From: a virus | Length of the DNA: 64,000 bases | Direction: 5' to 3' (one strand) | Virus record (IMG/VR): IMGVR_UViG_3300016471_000988 | Location: 32,001-96,000 of that record | Shown here: positions 9,300 through 18,897 of the stretch, one piece after another | How the letters are laid out: each line of letters starts with the position of its first letter | Position numbering within the stretch: the first letter of the stretch is position 1 | Position numbers and translations under genes: made by a program | Notes under the pieces: generated by a model | The model's input: the letters and a program-made list of their open reading frames with translations, nothing else | Told to the model about the DNA's origin: nothing | Database searches by the model: none

Positions 9300-10654
9300 G
9301 TTATACTGTTATTTCCTGGAAAAATCGTATTACGCACATAGCCTTTTGTAGTAAGGCCCAGGCGTTCACGATAATTGCCTATCATATTGGTGTTGTCTAG
9401 TGTCGTTGTTTTACCTCCAGGTTTATTTAATGACTCTGTTGAACCTTCTGATTTTAATGCTGGAAGCATTTTTAAAATTTCGCTAGCAGTATCTGCGAGT
9501 TGACCTATAGATGCAGTTAATTTTTCATTATACTGCTTTATTGACAAAGCTAAGCTATCAATACTCTTACTTATATTAATAAGATTTTCATCAGAAGAAG
9601 TTAAAGGAGAGGCTGTAGGTTTGGCTTCTGTTTCTGCAATCATCTTGGGAATTTCTGTTTGTATAGGAGGTTGCTCTGTTGCAGTAAAAGGCTGTTCTGT
9701 GTTTTCTGGCTCAATCGGTGCTTCTGTTATAGTTGGCTCTTGAATACCAAGGTTGGGTTCTATTGTCCTTGGTGGGGGTATTTGAGGAGCAGGCGGTACA
9801 ATTACTGAAGTTGGCGGTTGCTGCGACACTGGTGGTATTGTAGGAGCCTCTAGCTTTGGTGTAGAGATTTCCGGTATTTTTATTTCAGGTACATTAACAT
9901 TAATCTCAGGTATTTCAGTTACAGACTCGACATTAGAAATATCTGGTACAGTGGTTGGTGGCGGTTCAATTTTTGGTTGCGATGTCTCGAACATCGGAAT
10001 TTGAAGGTCAGGTAAAGGTTGTTCGGGTGTGGGTAACGGTGTAGGTTCTATCTGCGCAACAGGTTCAATAGCAGGTGGCAAGGGCAATGGCGCTGGTAAT
10101 GGTGTTATGGCGTCTGCAGCTAGGGGCTCTGGCATAACTTCTGGAATTGGATTTACAGGAGCCGCTTCAATTGTGTTGTTAGTTACAAAATTATTATTAC
10201 TAGTAACATTAGCATCTGGGGTTGGAAGCTCTGGCATTAAAGCGTTAGAGATTTCTTTTTCGATTATTCTCTCAACAACTTGAGGCTGTGGGTTGTTGGT
10301 TAACGCTTCTTCAGGTTGCTGTTGCGGAGGTAGTATAGGTGCTGGTGAAACCATAGCTGCTGGCTCTTCAGGCTGTGGTGGCAATTGTGGTAATTCTTCG
10401 TACAAAGGCTCTTCCGGCGCAACATTTATAGGTTTAATAGTTGCTGTTACGGGAGATTCTTTTGGTGCTTCAGGGGTGGGCTTTTGTTCTGGCGGAGGTG
10501 GTCTTGGTAGTGATTTTGCTTGTTGCTTTTGTGCTTCTAAAAATCTAGATAGCTTAAGATTAAGTGATTTAGCCTCTTTACCGACGCCCTTCATTCGTTC
10601 GCTAAGCTGTGACATTACGTCCAAATCAGATTCTTGCGGTTTTTCTTCAGCCAT
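9296..10654 (-). CDS. proline-rich low-complexity tail-operon protein
   Basis: 452 aa, about 80 Pro by hand count; TATAAATA 6 nt upstream. Confidence 0.85.
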   Translation of the reverse strand: MAEEKPQESDLDVMSQLSERMKGVGKEAKSLNLKLSRFLEAQKQQAKSLPRPPPPEQKPTPEAPKESPVTATIKPINVAPEEPLYEELPQLPPQPEEPAAMVSPAPILPPQQQPEEALTNNPQPQVVERIIEKEISNALMPELPTPDANVTSNNNFVTNNTIEAAPVNPIPEVMPEPLAADAITPLPAPLPLPPAIEPVAQIEPTPLPTPEQPLPDLQIPMFETSQPKIEPPPTTVPDISNVESVTEIPEINVNVPEIKIPEISTPKLEAPTIPPVSQQPPTSVIVPPAPQIPPPRTIEPNLGIQEPTITEAPIEPENTEQPFTATEQPPIQTEIPKMIAETEAKPTASPLTSSDENLINISKSIDSLALSIKQYNEKLTASIGQLADTASEILKMLPALKSEGSTESLNKPGGKTTTLDNTNMIGNYRERLGLTTKGYVRNTIFPGNNSIT

Positions 10655-10660
10655 ACGTAT

Positions 10661-10668
10661 TATTTATA
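10661..10668 (-). promoter_or_regulatory. late promoter TATAAATA (Pro-rich gene)
   Basis: 6 nt before ATG. Confidence 0.85.
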
Positions 10669-10679
10669 ATCAGACATTA

Positions 10680-11489
10680 TTACCGATTATCTGCGTTTTT
10701 CTTAGCTTTTTTCTCAGCGTCCTCAGCAACATATTGATTGACAAAAATATCGCATTCCGCTGGAGTGAGTTGGCTTATACTTTTATAATCTAGACCAATA
10801 TGTTTTAATAATTTGTATCTTTTTGAATATTGCCCCTTACAAAATGGTAAATATATAGATCTTGTGTAAAAAAATAATGTATTATCAAAAAGCTTTAATG
10901 TTACACTTGATACATTAACTAGTGTGTTATCGTTTTTTATTAAATAAAAAGTATCAAGCTTTGTATCTTGGGTCTTTAAAAAGGTGTTAATTAATTCATA
11001 CAAGCTTATATTTTCAGTAAGTAAATTAGACGAAGGTAGCTGTACATTATCAACAGTCTCGAGTGCTTCAAACCCAGGAATAACAGTATAAAGCCTACTA
11101 GGTACTTTAAACTTAAATACTAAATCTTGAACGTTCAAAGGGTCAAAAACAGGTTCAACTTCAGATAGTTTGGTTAGTGTATCAAACAAATCTAACTCAA
11201 CATTACATGGTGCACCGCTAACAGTGGTTGTCTGTATATAGACAATAGGCGAAATATTTGCTGCTCTCAAAAAACAAAGAATAAACCACTTATCAAATTT
11301 GTTTAGTTGAGAAAACATTTCTTTATCTTGCAAGTTTTCCTCTATAATTTTTTCAAACGCTTCTCCGGTGCCCTCGTGATCTTCATTTAAAATAAACTTC
11401 GACAGTACGTCAAGCTGCGCCATTTTTAATTCGGAAATCTTTACATATTTTTTAAGACTCGGCACCCAACATTTTAGGTAAAATTCCAT
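10680..11489 (-). CDS. baseplate hub assembly protein (gp26-like)
   Basis: 269 aa; KWFILCFLRAANI resembles the gp26 'yLflxLRaxS' pattern; positional support. Confidence 0.45.
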   Translation of the reverse strand: MEFYLKCWVPSLKKYVKISELKMAQLDVLSKFILNEDHEGTGEAFEKIIEENLQDKEMFSQLNKFDKWFILCFLRAANISPIVYIQTTTVSGAPCNVELDLFDTLTKLSEVEPVFDPLNVQDLVFKFKVPSRLYTVIPGFEALETVDNVQLPSSNLLTENISLYELINTFLKTQDTKLDTFYLIKNDNTLVNVSSVTLKLFDNTLFFYTRSIYLPFCKGQYSKRYKLLKHIGLDYKSISQLTPAECDIFVNQYVAEDAEKKAKKNADNR

Positions 11490-11507
11490 ACATTATATAC
11501 AAACAGT

Positions 11508-12446
11508 TTAGAAGAAACCAGCCACGTTTTGAGGAGCATTAGAGCTTTGTTGAAGAGGGGATACTACGGGTGTATATTTGCCATTAACTGCGTTGCTAAC
11601 GGTTTGAATAATATCAGCAAGCGGGAAATACATACTATTTTGCACTGTATAATTAGTATAGGTAAAGTTTACAACTGATTCAACCGCTTGCGTAGGTTCA
11701 TTACCGTAGTCTAAATTAAAATTTTGAATATTTGTCGGAACAGCATTGTAAAAAGTAAAAACTTTTCGCGGAATTTGACTTACATTTTGATAGCTTCTTG
11801 TATAGCATAATATAGTAATATTTGATTTCACGTTAAAGTAATCTTTGCTGCCTGGTCGATCACCTGGACGAGCAACGTAACCGTAATGGCTTGCTAGCAT
11901 TACCCAAGGTCTAAAAACAAAATCAACTATACTCGTGTTAGTTTCTAGGAAGCCAAGCTGTAATTGATTTGCTGAGTATCCTTTTCTGTTACCGGAAATA
12001 ATACCCGGTATAAAACCTCTATTATTTTCTATACCCACATCAGACGCTTCATATTGTTCGCCCGGTATTTGAGCACCTTGCGCGAACACACAGCCAATAA
12101 CTTTTTGAAAAGGATAACTGGTTAAAAGCGTTTTTGCTTGACTAATATCAAATCCTTTTTTAGCTCCATCAGTTCTCTCTAACCCTTGTATTATATCAGA
12201 CCGTAGTGCATAGGGAAAACTATCAATTACAGCGATCCATTGTGTTTGAAGCGGTATTGAAGTAAGCCAGCTTTGAAGTTGTAGTAGAAAATAATCACGA
12301 GTGCTGATTAATGGTACGCCTGGAATATTAAACCCCAGTAAACTAGTAATTTGCGGTTGACTTAAAGGATTGGTGCCTCTACCTATCCCAACTACATTAT
12401 TAGTTAGCCCCTGAAAAGCTTCGGATAACGGGTTTGCTAGTGACAT
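11508..12446 (-). CDS. tail tube initiator / tube-family protein (gp54-like)
   Basis: tube-fold pattern (AQGAQIPGE...LGFLET...YNAVPTNI...VNFTY); follows gp19. Confidence 0.6.
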   Translation of the reverse strand: MSLANPLSEAFQGLTNNVVGIGRGTNPLSQPQITSLLGFNIPGVPLISTRDYFLLQLQSWLTSIPLQTQWIAVIDSFPYALRSDIIQGLERTDGAKKGFDISQAKTLLTSYPFQKVIGCVFAQGAQIPGEQYEASDVGIENNRGFIPGIISGNRKGYSANQLQLGFLETNTSIVDFVFRPWVMLASHYGYVARPGDRPGSKDYFNVKSNITILCYTRSYQNVSQIPRKVFTFYNAVPTNIQNFNLDYGNEPTQAVESVVNFTYTNYTVQNSMYFPLADIIQTVSNAVNGKYTPVVSPLQQSSNAPQNVAGFF

Positions 12447-12477
12447 CTAGATATTTATTACTAGATTATAATTCGTA

Positions 12478-13029
12478 TTAACTAATTTGTTTGCGTGTAA
12501 AATAATGATATGCTAAAGTTACTGGAAAACTAACAATATCTCCAGTACCAGCACCGATTTTGTAATCAATGGCACCTACATTGCGTATGCTTACACCTAC
12601 TAACTGATACTGTGCGACTCTATTCATCTGTGTGTCAAGCTGTACCAAGTCAATAGTACTGGCTTGTGTTGGTGTGAAATAGTTACCTGTGCTGTTGGCG
12701 TCGTTAAAAGTATCTCTTGACCAATCTTCAAATTTTTGACGAAGATTGTTTTTTGCGTCGTTATAAAACTCTAATTGATATTGTTCACTGTTAGGGTAAT
12801 TGACTAGACCAGGAATATTAAAATTCAACCCCATATACTTTGCATTAACATTGGTAATTGCTCTCGCGGGTAAAGAGGCCGCTCTAGCATATACTAAATC
12901 ATTTTCATCAAATGTTACGCTTGTACCGCCAGGTGTGATGCTTAATACGCGAAATTGAATATCGCGTTGAAAATCCCGCGCAGCAGCTACTCTATAAAAA
13001 TCGGAAATTAATTGTTTTACGTCGGCCAT
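12478..13029 (-). CDS. gp19: tail tube protein gp19
   Basis: ARAASLPARAI...PG...FEDWS...QLDT...FPVTLAYHY; follows the sheath gene. Confidence 0.85.
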   Translation of the reverse strand: MADVKQLISDFYRVAAARDFQRDIQFRVLSITPGGTSVTFDENDLVYARAASLPARAITNVNAKYMGLNFNIPGLVNYPNSEQYQLEFYNDAKNNLRQKFEDWSRDTFNDANSTGNYFTPTQASTIDLVQLDTQMNRVAQYQLVGVSIRNVGAIDYKIGAGTGDIVSFPVTLAYHYFTRKQIS

Positions 13030-13036
13030 GGTAAGT

Positions 13037-13043
13037 TATTTAT
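13037..13043 (-). promoter_or_regulatory. late promoter ATAAATA (gp19)
   Basis: 7 nt before ATG. Confidence 0.8.
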
Positions 13044-13056
13044 TCTCCAATTTTTT

Positions 13057-15471
13057 TTACGCTACTATCTCCTGGAAGTTTTGGCTAGTACGTGTAGCGT
13101 AGAAGCTTACCAATATAAACTCCGCCGCGCGTACTGGCTTTAGATAGATATCGACCTTCAATTCATTATTATCTATAACTTCAGGTGTGTTGTTACGCTC
13201 GTCACATATGATCAAATAGTCATATACACCCTCAGTATTCTTAGCATTTTCAAATATTGGGGTAAGAACATTTGTGACTTGAGTACGAGTAAACAGGGTA
13301 TTAGGTTCGAAGATAAAGAACTTAACTGTATCTCTGGTTGCAATCTCGAGATTTAAGAACAATCTACGTACATTAATACGGTCAAACGCACTAGGCTTTT
13401 TCAAGAGCGTCTTCTGACCGAATATTACAAACCCTTCTACAGGGAAGAAAGCTACAGGGTTTAAGCTAATCTTATACAATTGATCGCGCTGTTTTTGTTT
13501 GGGATATAATCCTAAGTCATTAACACCGGTTAGTACGCCGCGGGTAAATCCGGCCGGGGCAAACCAAGGCTGGAAGTTAGCATCTGTATTACCCATAGCT
13601 GCTGCAGCAAATCCAGAGAATGGTACCCAAGTTTGACGGTTCGTTACTGTGTCAAGTACTTGAGCACAATTTGCATAAGTACAGGCATAGCTTGTATTAA
13701 GTAAGCTAAATTGATGGCGTAATGGCCAGTATATGTGTTGACTGAAGTTAGTTGCTACGTAGCCAGGAGCATAAGGGTCACTACCAACTCCAGCGTTAGG
13801 GCTCCATAGCTTTTTAGTATTAATAACTTTGCTATTCTCTCCTTGAATAAAGATATTTCTAATTGGATCTAGAATAGCTAAGAAGTCCTTGCGCTGATTT
13901 TGAGCTTGATTTACAAATATGCTTGCAATAGCATTGTAATTTGAACGTATTCTAAGCCCATCATCATTGAGTAGTTCAGTATTTGTAGTAAAGAGAGCAC
14001 TAAGCGTATTTACAGGAGTCGATTCAATAAATGGACCGCATGCAGAAACTGCTTTACCAGTAGCGTATGCCTCTTCTGCAGCATTTACAAATATCGTACC
14101 AAGACCAGCTTCACAAGCAAGATTAATTGGATAGATATCAGGATTTTCAACCAATTCAAACGCTCTTTCAAGCTTTGCAGGTAGATCGCCAACGTTTTTA
14201 TTAGATGTTACTGTGTTAGTATATATACCAATCGGATAAAGATTGCTTGTTGCACCTAGCTGACCAACCATATTACCAACGAAGGCTGAAGCCGCGCCTA
14301 CCCGTGTCACATAAGATGTGTGAGTATCAACAAAGCCTGGGGCATTAAACGGCCTGGCTAGGTTGTTCGAAAGCATTCTAACCTTCTTGGTTGGTAGACC
14401 ATCATTTCCAAGCCAAGTATCAGCATATTGATTGCTGATCCAAGGATTGACTATTACTCTAATGTTAGGCGATGTTGAACCGACTTGACCACCTAAAAAG
14501 AATCCAACTGCAGGACCGCCTTGTTGAGAAGCAATTTGCCTATGATAGTCAAGTGAACCGGCATAGCTTTCTGATAAGGTATAATCCAGCGCAATAACAT
14601 CTGGTGAAAATACACTTTGACGGATTTTAAATAATCCTAGCGAAAGTGTATCACTAAAGGAAGCATTACCAAGATCATAATTACTAACATTCTCCATGAC
14701 CTCACTAACACTATTACCATCACCGAACTTAGTTGCACTTAAAGTAAAGTTTAATCTAGTTTCAGGTACAGCGATGTAATTATTAATTGATGTTTGATCG
14801 CTTCCAATAGCTTTTAGCCCGAGAATACCATCAAAATTTGTTGCAGGGTTGTTATTATTATTGTCTGTTAAGCCAATATACTGCCCCTCAAACTTATTAT
14901 TAACCGTTGTTTGTGCGCGGTTTAAAATAATTACACCAGCCTGGCCGAGGGTATTGTAAGCAAATGTAGAGCCGGAATTACCACCGGTGAGAGAAGGATT
15001 ATTGGACCAGTCTAGATTATTATTAAGTAATTCTTGATACTGCTCTAGATCTAATTCTAAGTGTGTTGGATTGCCTAGCAAATAGGTGTTTGCCGCAGAT
15101 AGAGAATACGAAGGTGTCGAATTTAATCCAGATGTGGTTACACCCACAACAGGATAAACTAAGGCACTATATCTCCAGGCAGCAAACCCCTCACCTCTTG
15201 CTTCGCCATAAGGTAGACGGGTTACTTTGAGTTGAATAGGGGCCTGAAGAGCTGCTTTAACTGTATGGTAAAAATATCTTTCTGCAGCATTTGTTGGCTG
15301 CCCGTAAACTTGTTCAAAGTCGCTAATGCTGGTAGGCTGTAAAATTTCATCTACAGGTCCTTGATTTGCAAAGCCTGCTATAAATATACTAGTTCCTTGG
15401 TTGACTACAGGTCTTAATGCAAGATCTACTTCTCTTATCTCAACTCCGGGACTTTGAATAGTTCTTGCCAT
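13057..15471 (-). CDS. gp18: tail sheath protein gp18
   Basis: SPGVEIREVD N-terminus; WFAPAGFTRG, SAFDRINVRRL, FEPN motifs; start set at MARTIQ (15471), 9 nt after SD AGGAGGTG. Confidence 0.97.
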   Translation of the reverse strand: MARTIQSPGVEIREVDLALRPVVNQGTSIFIAGFANQGPVDEILQPTSISDFEQVYGQPTNAAERYFYHTVKAALQAPIQLKVTRLPYGEARGEGFAAWRYSALVYPVVGVTTSGLNSTPSYSLSAANTYLLGNPTHLELDLEQYQELLNNNLDWSNNPSLTGGNSGSTFAYNTLGQAGVIILNRAQTTVNNKFEGQYIGLTDNNNNNPATNFDGILGLKAIGSDQTSINNYIAVPETRLNFTLSATKFGDGNSVSEVMENVSNYDLGNASFSDTLSLGLFKIRQSVFSPDVIALDYTLSESYAGSLDYHRQIASQQGGPAVGFFLGGQVGSTSPNIRVIVNPWISNQYADTWLGNDGLPTKKVRMLSNNLARPFNAPGFVDTHTSYVTRVGAASAFVGNMVGQLGATSNLYPIGIYTNTVTSNKNVGDLPAKLERAFELVENPDIYPINLACEAGLGTIFVNAAEEAYATGKAVSACGPFIESTPVNTLSALFTTNTELLNDDGLRIRSNYNAIASIFVNQAQNQRKDFLAILDPIRNIFIQGENSKVINTKKLWSPNAGVGSDPYAPGYVATNFSQHIYWPLRHQFSLLNTSYACTYANCAQVLDTVTNRQTWVPFSGFAAAAMGNTDANFQPWFAPAGFTRGVLTGVNDLGLYPKQKQRDQLYKISLNPVAFFPVEGFVIFGQKTLLKKPSAFDRINVRRLFLNLEIATRDTVKFFIFEPNTLFTRTQVTNVLTPIFENAKNTEGVYDYLIICDERNNTPEVIDNNELKVDIYLKPVRAAEFILVSFYATRTSQNFQEIVA

Positions 15472-15472
15472 A

Positions 15473-15508
15473 TTAGTTAACACCTCCTACGGGAAAAAAT
15501 TGACTCAT
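15473..15508 (-). other. 11-aa upstream mini-ORF (MSQFFPVGGVN) in the sheath leader
   Basis: ATG 8 nt after TATAAATA; stop ends 1 nt before the sheath ATG; contains the SD. Confidence 0.35.
15481..15488 (-). promoter_or_regulatory. Shine-Dalgarno sequence AGGAGGTG of gp18
   Basis: 9 nt upstream of ATG 15471. Confidence 0.85.
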
Positions 15509-15516
15509 ATCGTTTA

Positions 15517-15524
15517 TATTTATA
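15517..15524 (-). promoter_or_regulatory. late promoter TATAAATA (gp18)
   Basis: 45 nt before the sheath ATG. Confidence 0.85.
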
Positions 15525-15562
15525 TCTTTACCGACTGACTTTTGCTAAAATTTTTTTCTTTT

Positions 15563-16147
15563 TTACAGCAATACCATTTTTAGCTGATGATATGCAAATT
15601 CAAACCCACATTCCATTTCACCAGCATCTCTATCATTATAATCAATACCTTCCAAGGCTATTGGAAAGGCACGAATATAGTCAAACCGTACGGTTTTTTT
15701 GTTATATTCGTCCAAACCATATACGCTAATATCAGTCATGTATTCATTAGCAAAGGAATCTGATACCGGTGCTGTGGGGTCAAATATACTTTGAGTTGAG
15801 TTATTGAAGACTTCTAACCATTTAAATATGACCCAGTAGTTATTAAACAAATTATCCACAGTGAAATCAATCTTTAAATGTGGAAAAGAAGGCCTATTAT
15901 ATGATGTCACTTTAAAAGTTTGGCCAGCGTAAGGTATTTGTACAGGTGGTATTTCTATGGGCGGTGCAACTGCACCGTATATACTAAATTGAATAGAATC
16001 AAAATTAACAGAAGTATTTCTTCGAGCTATATCTTTGACTTGGTCTCTTAATACATTAGGTATTGTCAAGACACAAATAAATTTATCTTTACGCTGTTTG
16101 TTTAGCGGGCTCTGAAAAATTGGTTCCTTGTTTGTCGGGGTAGGCAT
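15563..16147 (-). CDS. tail tube terminator / completion protein (gp3-like)
   Basis: tube-family motifs (L.IDFTVDN..NNY..I.KW, F.RAFP..L). Confidence 0.6.
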   Translation of the reverse strand: MPTPTNKEPIFQSPLNKQRKDKFICVLTIPNVLRDQVKDIARRNTSVNFDSIQFSIYGAVAPPIEIPPVQIPYAGQTFKVTSYNRPSFPHLKIDFTVDNLFNNYWVIFKWLEVFNNSTQSIFDPTAPVSDSFANEYMTDISVYGLDEYNKKTVRFDYIRAFPIALEGIDYNDRDAGEMECGFEFAYHQLKMVLL

Positions 16148-16154
16148 ATATTAT

Positions 16155-17861
16155 TTATATCTTGTCTTTCTCTCCAGGTAATCTCCACCCCTGTGCCTTT
16201 AATTGATCTATTTCATCTAGCGCTGGTTCATCAGTAAACATTACAGGCAATACACTCGATGCCTCTGTATCTTTTTCGTTAGTATAGATGCTTAACGGGC
16301 TTATAACACCTCTCAAGCCATAGTCAAGAGGCTTTATGACAAGAGGACGATCGCAGTCATCAAGCTTAACTACATCATAATACCGGGTACAAATTTCATT
16401 TTCTAAAATAATTAAAGCCCACACCATAGCCATAACGCGATCATCCCAGCTATCGGATCCCGGTCTCGCGCCCCATGTATTGTTAGGGAACCTAATAAAA
16501 TTCTTGAACTCCTGTAAAGTGTGCCTATCACGCATAACAACACTTTTGAGCTCATTAACCCAATAGCGCATATTCATAATACCCCTATACTTTGTGTTAG
16601 TATGAGAGAGAATGCCTACTCTTTTATATTCTGTCTTATCTCCTGCTTTAGCTCCCCACGAAACAATATTTTCATATCCATGAGTAAATTTGAGCTGCTC
16701 TACTACTTGTGCACCCATGCTATTCCGCTCTATACATACTGGTGGACGGCCCCACTGATTTAAAATTTCTAATAGCTTAGTAGTAAATTGAAAAGGTATA
16801 GTAGTCCGTGTATGATACACAGCTACTTGCTCGATGTTTGTTAGATCTGTAATATCAAGTATTTGTGCGACACTCGCAGCTTCGCCAACCCCCTCGCTTA
16901 TATCAACACCTACAGTGTATAACCGATTTTCTTTTGGTTCTTCAAAAACTGTGTATTTACCTTCATCAAATACATATTCAGGCTCTCTAATTCCGCGTAA
17001 CAACTTATGAAAAAGCTCCTCATTAATAGTACTCTCACCTCCCTGTAGAAACTCATTACCGAACTCCTGTGCAAATATTTCTGCACTACCTAGGGTACGT
17101 ATTGTATCTTCCTTCCACTTTTCATCACGACCAGGTATCTCCCACCAGTCTATTCGCTCAGCTTTCCAATTATTTTCTCCTTGTAGTGCACCTTGATATA
17201 GCCTGTAAAAAAGATTATCTGTTCCATTGGGTGTACTCGCTATAAAAATTTTTGATTTTTTTGAACTAGATATAATTGGGTAGACTGATTCCCAGAATTT
17301 CTCTACAATATGATTATCTATAAATGCTAGCTCATCCAATATAGTAACGTTTACGGATTCTCCTCTACCAGCATCGCTACTAGTTGTACTAATACCTATA
17401 CTACTGCCGTTTGTTAATGTCATGCTTGTTTGTCCGTACTCGACGACCCCTGGCTTTAAATAGTTTGGAAGTTGCTCGTACGCGAGTCTTACTCGTTTAA
17501 AAATATTTTTTGCTGTTTGCTCTTTATTTGCAACGATCAAAATTCTTTGATCTTCATTAAAACATGCGTTCCATAAACAATAAATGGTCATCATAGTTGT
17601 TTTACCAGCCTGTCGGCTAGATAATAATATTACGAAGCGATTATCTCTTAAATCCCTAAGTACCCTTTTTTGGCAAGAAAAAAGATTAATTTTTTCCTTA
17701 CCTCTATCTAGGTTTATAATAGTAAAATAATTTTCAGCGAAGTGAATAAGGTTTTTTTTACATTTTTTTAATTCAATCACCATTTCCGGGGTATATTCGA
17801 ATTTCGTTTCAACCGTCGGGAGGTTTTGATTACCAAGATAATATTTTTCTTTATCTACCAC
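16155..17861 (-). CDS. gp17: terminase large subunit gp17
   Basis: YLGNQNL N-terminus, SSRQAGKT, ILDELAF, ASTPNG, GVDISEG, DDRVMA; start inferred at GTG 17861, 5 nt after ATAAATA. Confidence 0.97.
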   Translation of the reverse strand: MVDKEKYYLGNQNLPTVETKFEYTPEMVIELKKCKKNLIHFAENYFTIINLDRGKEKINLFSCQKRVLRDLRDNRFVILLSSRQAGKTTMMTIYCLWNACFNEDQRILIVANKEQTAKNIFKRVRLAYEQLPNYLKPGVVEYGQTSMTLTNGSSIGISTTSSDAGRGESVNVTILDELAFIDNHIVEKFWESVYPIISSSKKSKIFIASTPNGTDNLFYRLYQGALQGENNWKAERIDWWEIPGRDEKWKEDTIRTLGSAEIFAQEFGNEFLQGGESTINEELFHKLLRGIREPEYVFDEGKYTVFEEPKENRLYTVGVDISEGVGEAASVAQILDITDLTNIEQVAVYHTRTTIPFQFTTKLLEILNQWGRPPVCIERNSMGAQVVEQLKFTHGYENIVSWGAKAGDKTEYKRVGILSHTNTKYRGIMNMRYWVNELKSVVMRDRHTLQEFKNFIRFPNNTWGARPGSDSWDDRVMAMVWALIILENEICTRYYDVVKLDDCDRPLVIKPLDYGLRGVISPLSIYTNEKDTEASSVLPVMFTDEPALDEIDQLKAQGWRLPGEKDKI

Positions 17862-17866
17862 TTTAT

Positions 17867-17887
17867 TATTTATCAGAAACATAAATA
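17867..17887. promoter_or_regulatory. back-to-back late promoters (gp17 on -, 17893 gene on +)
   Basis: tatttat at 17867-17873 and ataaata at 17881-17887, each 5 nt from a start codon. Confidence 0.85.
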
Positions 17888-17892
17888 CATAT

Positions 17893-18837
17893 ATGACGCG
17901 CAAAAGAAGCATCTTAGATATTGCCAACGTTTATTGCGAAATGAAGTCTAAAGAAGCTGAAGCTAAAGCCCCTCAATCCACAGAAGTCGTTGAGGAAAAA
18001 GTGGTTAAAAAACTTGAAACTTTTCCTAAAGCAACTGACAAAAAGATCAACACAAAAAAGACAACAGCAATTGGTTCGGATACAAAAGCATTTTTTCATA
18101 AAAATTCCGGTCCAGAAGCGGCCGAAGGATTCAATCCTAATATAATCGATCCAAAGACTGCTAAGACTGGAAAAAAAGAAAATCACTACCAACCACAAAA
18201 ATTTTCTTCAGCCCTTGAAAAAACGGAAACGACTAGTATAAATAATAACATGAGCAACAAATCTATTTTTGATAAACTTTATGAAGATGTAATGAAGGAC
18301 GACGCCCTTGATCTCGGCATTCAGGCTGGCCCAGAGGGCGATGCCGCAGATAAGACCGACGATCTCGGTGGTGGTGAAGAGTCTAGCGATGTAACACTAA
18401 CTCTTCCTCGTGATGTTGCTCAAAAACTTCATGATCTTCTAGTGGATGTACTTGGTGCTGATGAAGAGCCCGCTTCTGATGAGGATGCTGGTGCTGATGA
18501 TTTAGGCCTGAAGTCTGATGAAGATGAACAAAGCAAGGCTGAGAAGGAAGATAAGAAAGACGAAGATAAGAAGGATGAAGATCAAGAAGAAGTAGCCGGT
18601 GAGGCTACAGAGCTTGAAGAGCTTCCTGACAGCAAGGGTCTTTCCCTAACAGGTAAGAATAACAAGGTCCCGGGTAAGCTCGGCCATGCTAAAGGCGGTA
18701 AAGCTTCCGGTGACGTCAAGGGCGTAACAGTAGATGGTAAGCCTTCTGCACTTCCTGACAGCAAAGGTCATTCCTTGACAAGCAAGAATAACAAGGTTAA
18801 TGCCCCTGGCTACAAGGCCGGTGACTTCTTTAAATAA
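17893..18837 (+). CDS. acidic/lysine-rich late protein, candidate prohead core/internal protein; second in-frame start at 18250
   Basis: 314 aa; ATAAATA 5 nt upstream; internal TATAAATA 5 nt before in-frame ATG 18250; strong terminator downstream. Confidence 0.85.
   Translation: MTRKRSILDIANVYCEMKSKEAEAKAPQSTEVVEEKVVKKLETFPKATDKKINTKKTTAIGSDTKAFFHKNSGPEAAEGFNPNIIDPKTAKTGKKENHYQPQKFSSALEKTETTSINNNMSNKSIFDKLYEDVMKDDALDLGIQAGPEGDAADKTDDLGGGEESSDVTLTLPRDVAQKLHDLLVDVLGADEEPASDEDAGADDLGLKSDEDEQSKAEKEDKKDEDKKDEDQEEVAGEATELEELPDSKGLSLTGKNNKVPGKLGHAKGGKASGDVKGVTVDGKPSALPDSKGHSLTSKNNKVNAPGYKAGDFFK
18237..18244 (+). promoter_or_regulatory. intragenic late promoter TATAAATA
   Basis: 5 nt before in-frame ATG 18250. 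Confidence 0.75.
18622..18797 (+). repeat. imperfect 47-bp direct repeat (18622-18668 and 18751-18797) encoding LPDSKGxSLTxKNNKV
   Basis: cttcctgacagcaa.ggtc.ttcc.t.aca.g.aagaataacaaggt occurs twice. Confidence 0.85.
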
Positions 18838-18855
18838 GCCTTAAAAAATTGACTT

Positions 18856-18886
18856 AAAAAAGCCGCCATATGGCGGCTTTTTTTTT
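18856..18886 (+). terminator. intrinsic terminator (perfect 28-bp palindrome plus T-run)
   Basis: AAAAAAGCCGCCATATGGCGGCTTTTTTTTT directly after the 17893 gene. Confidence 0.9.
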
Positions 18887-18897
18887 ATAAATAACGT

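Noticed and set aside
10029-10793. Gly/Ala/Ser-rich plus-strand ORFs (10029-10283, 10293-10793)
   Set aside because: Antisense shadows of the Pro-rich gene; no promoter, and composition mirrors the real strand
13026-13032. Kozak-like ACCATGG at the gp19 start, suggesting a eukaryotic virus
   Set aside because: Isolated; gp55, sigma70-like promoters and the T4 gene set clearly indicate a bacteriophage
15530-15562. T-rich run between gp3 and the sheath promoter as a terminator
   Set aside because: No GC-rich stem precedes it on either strand
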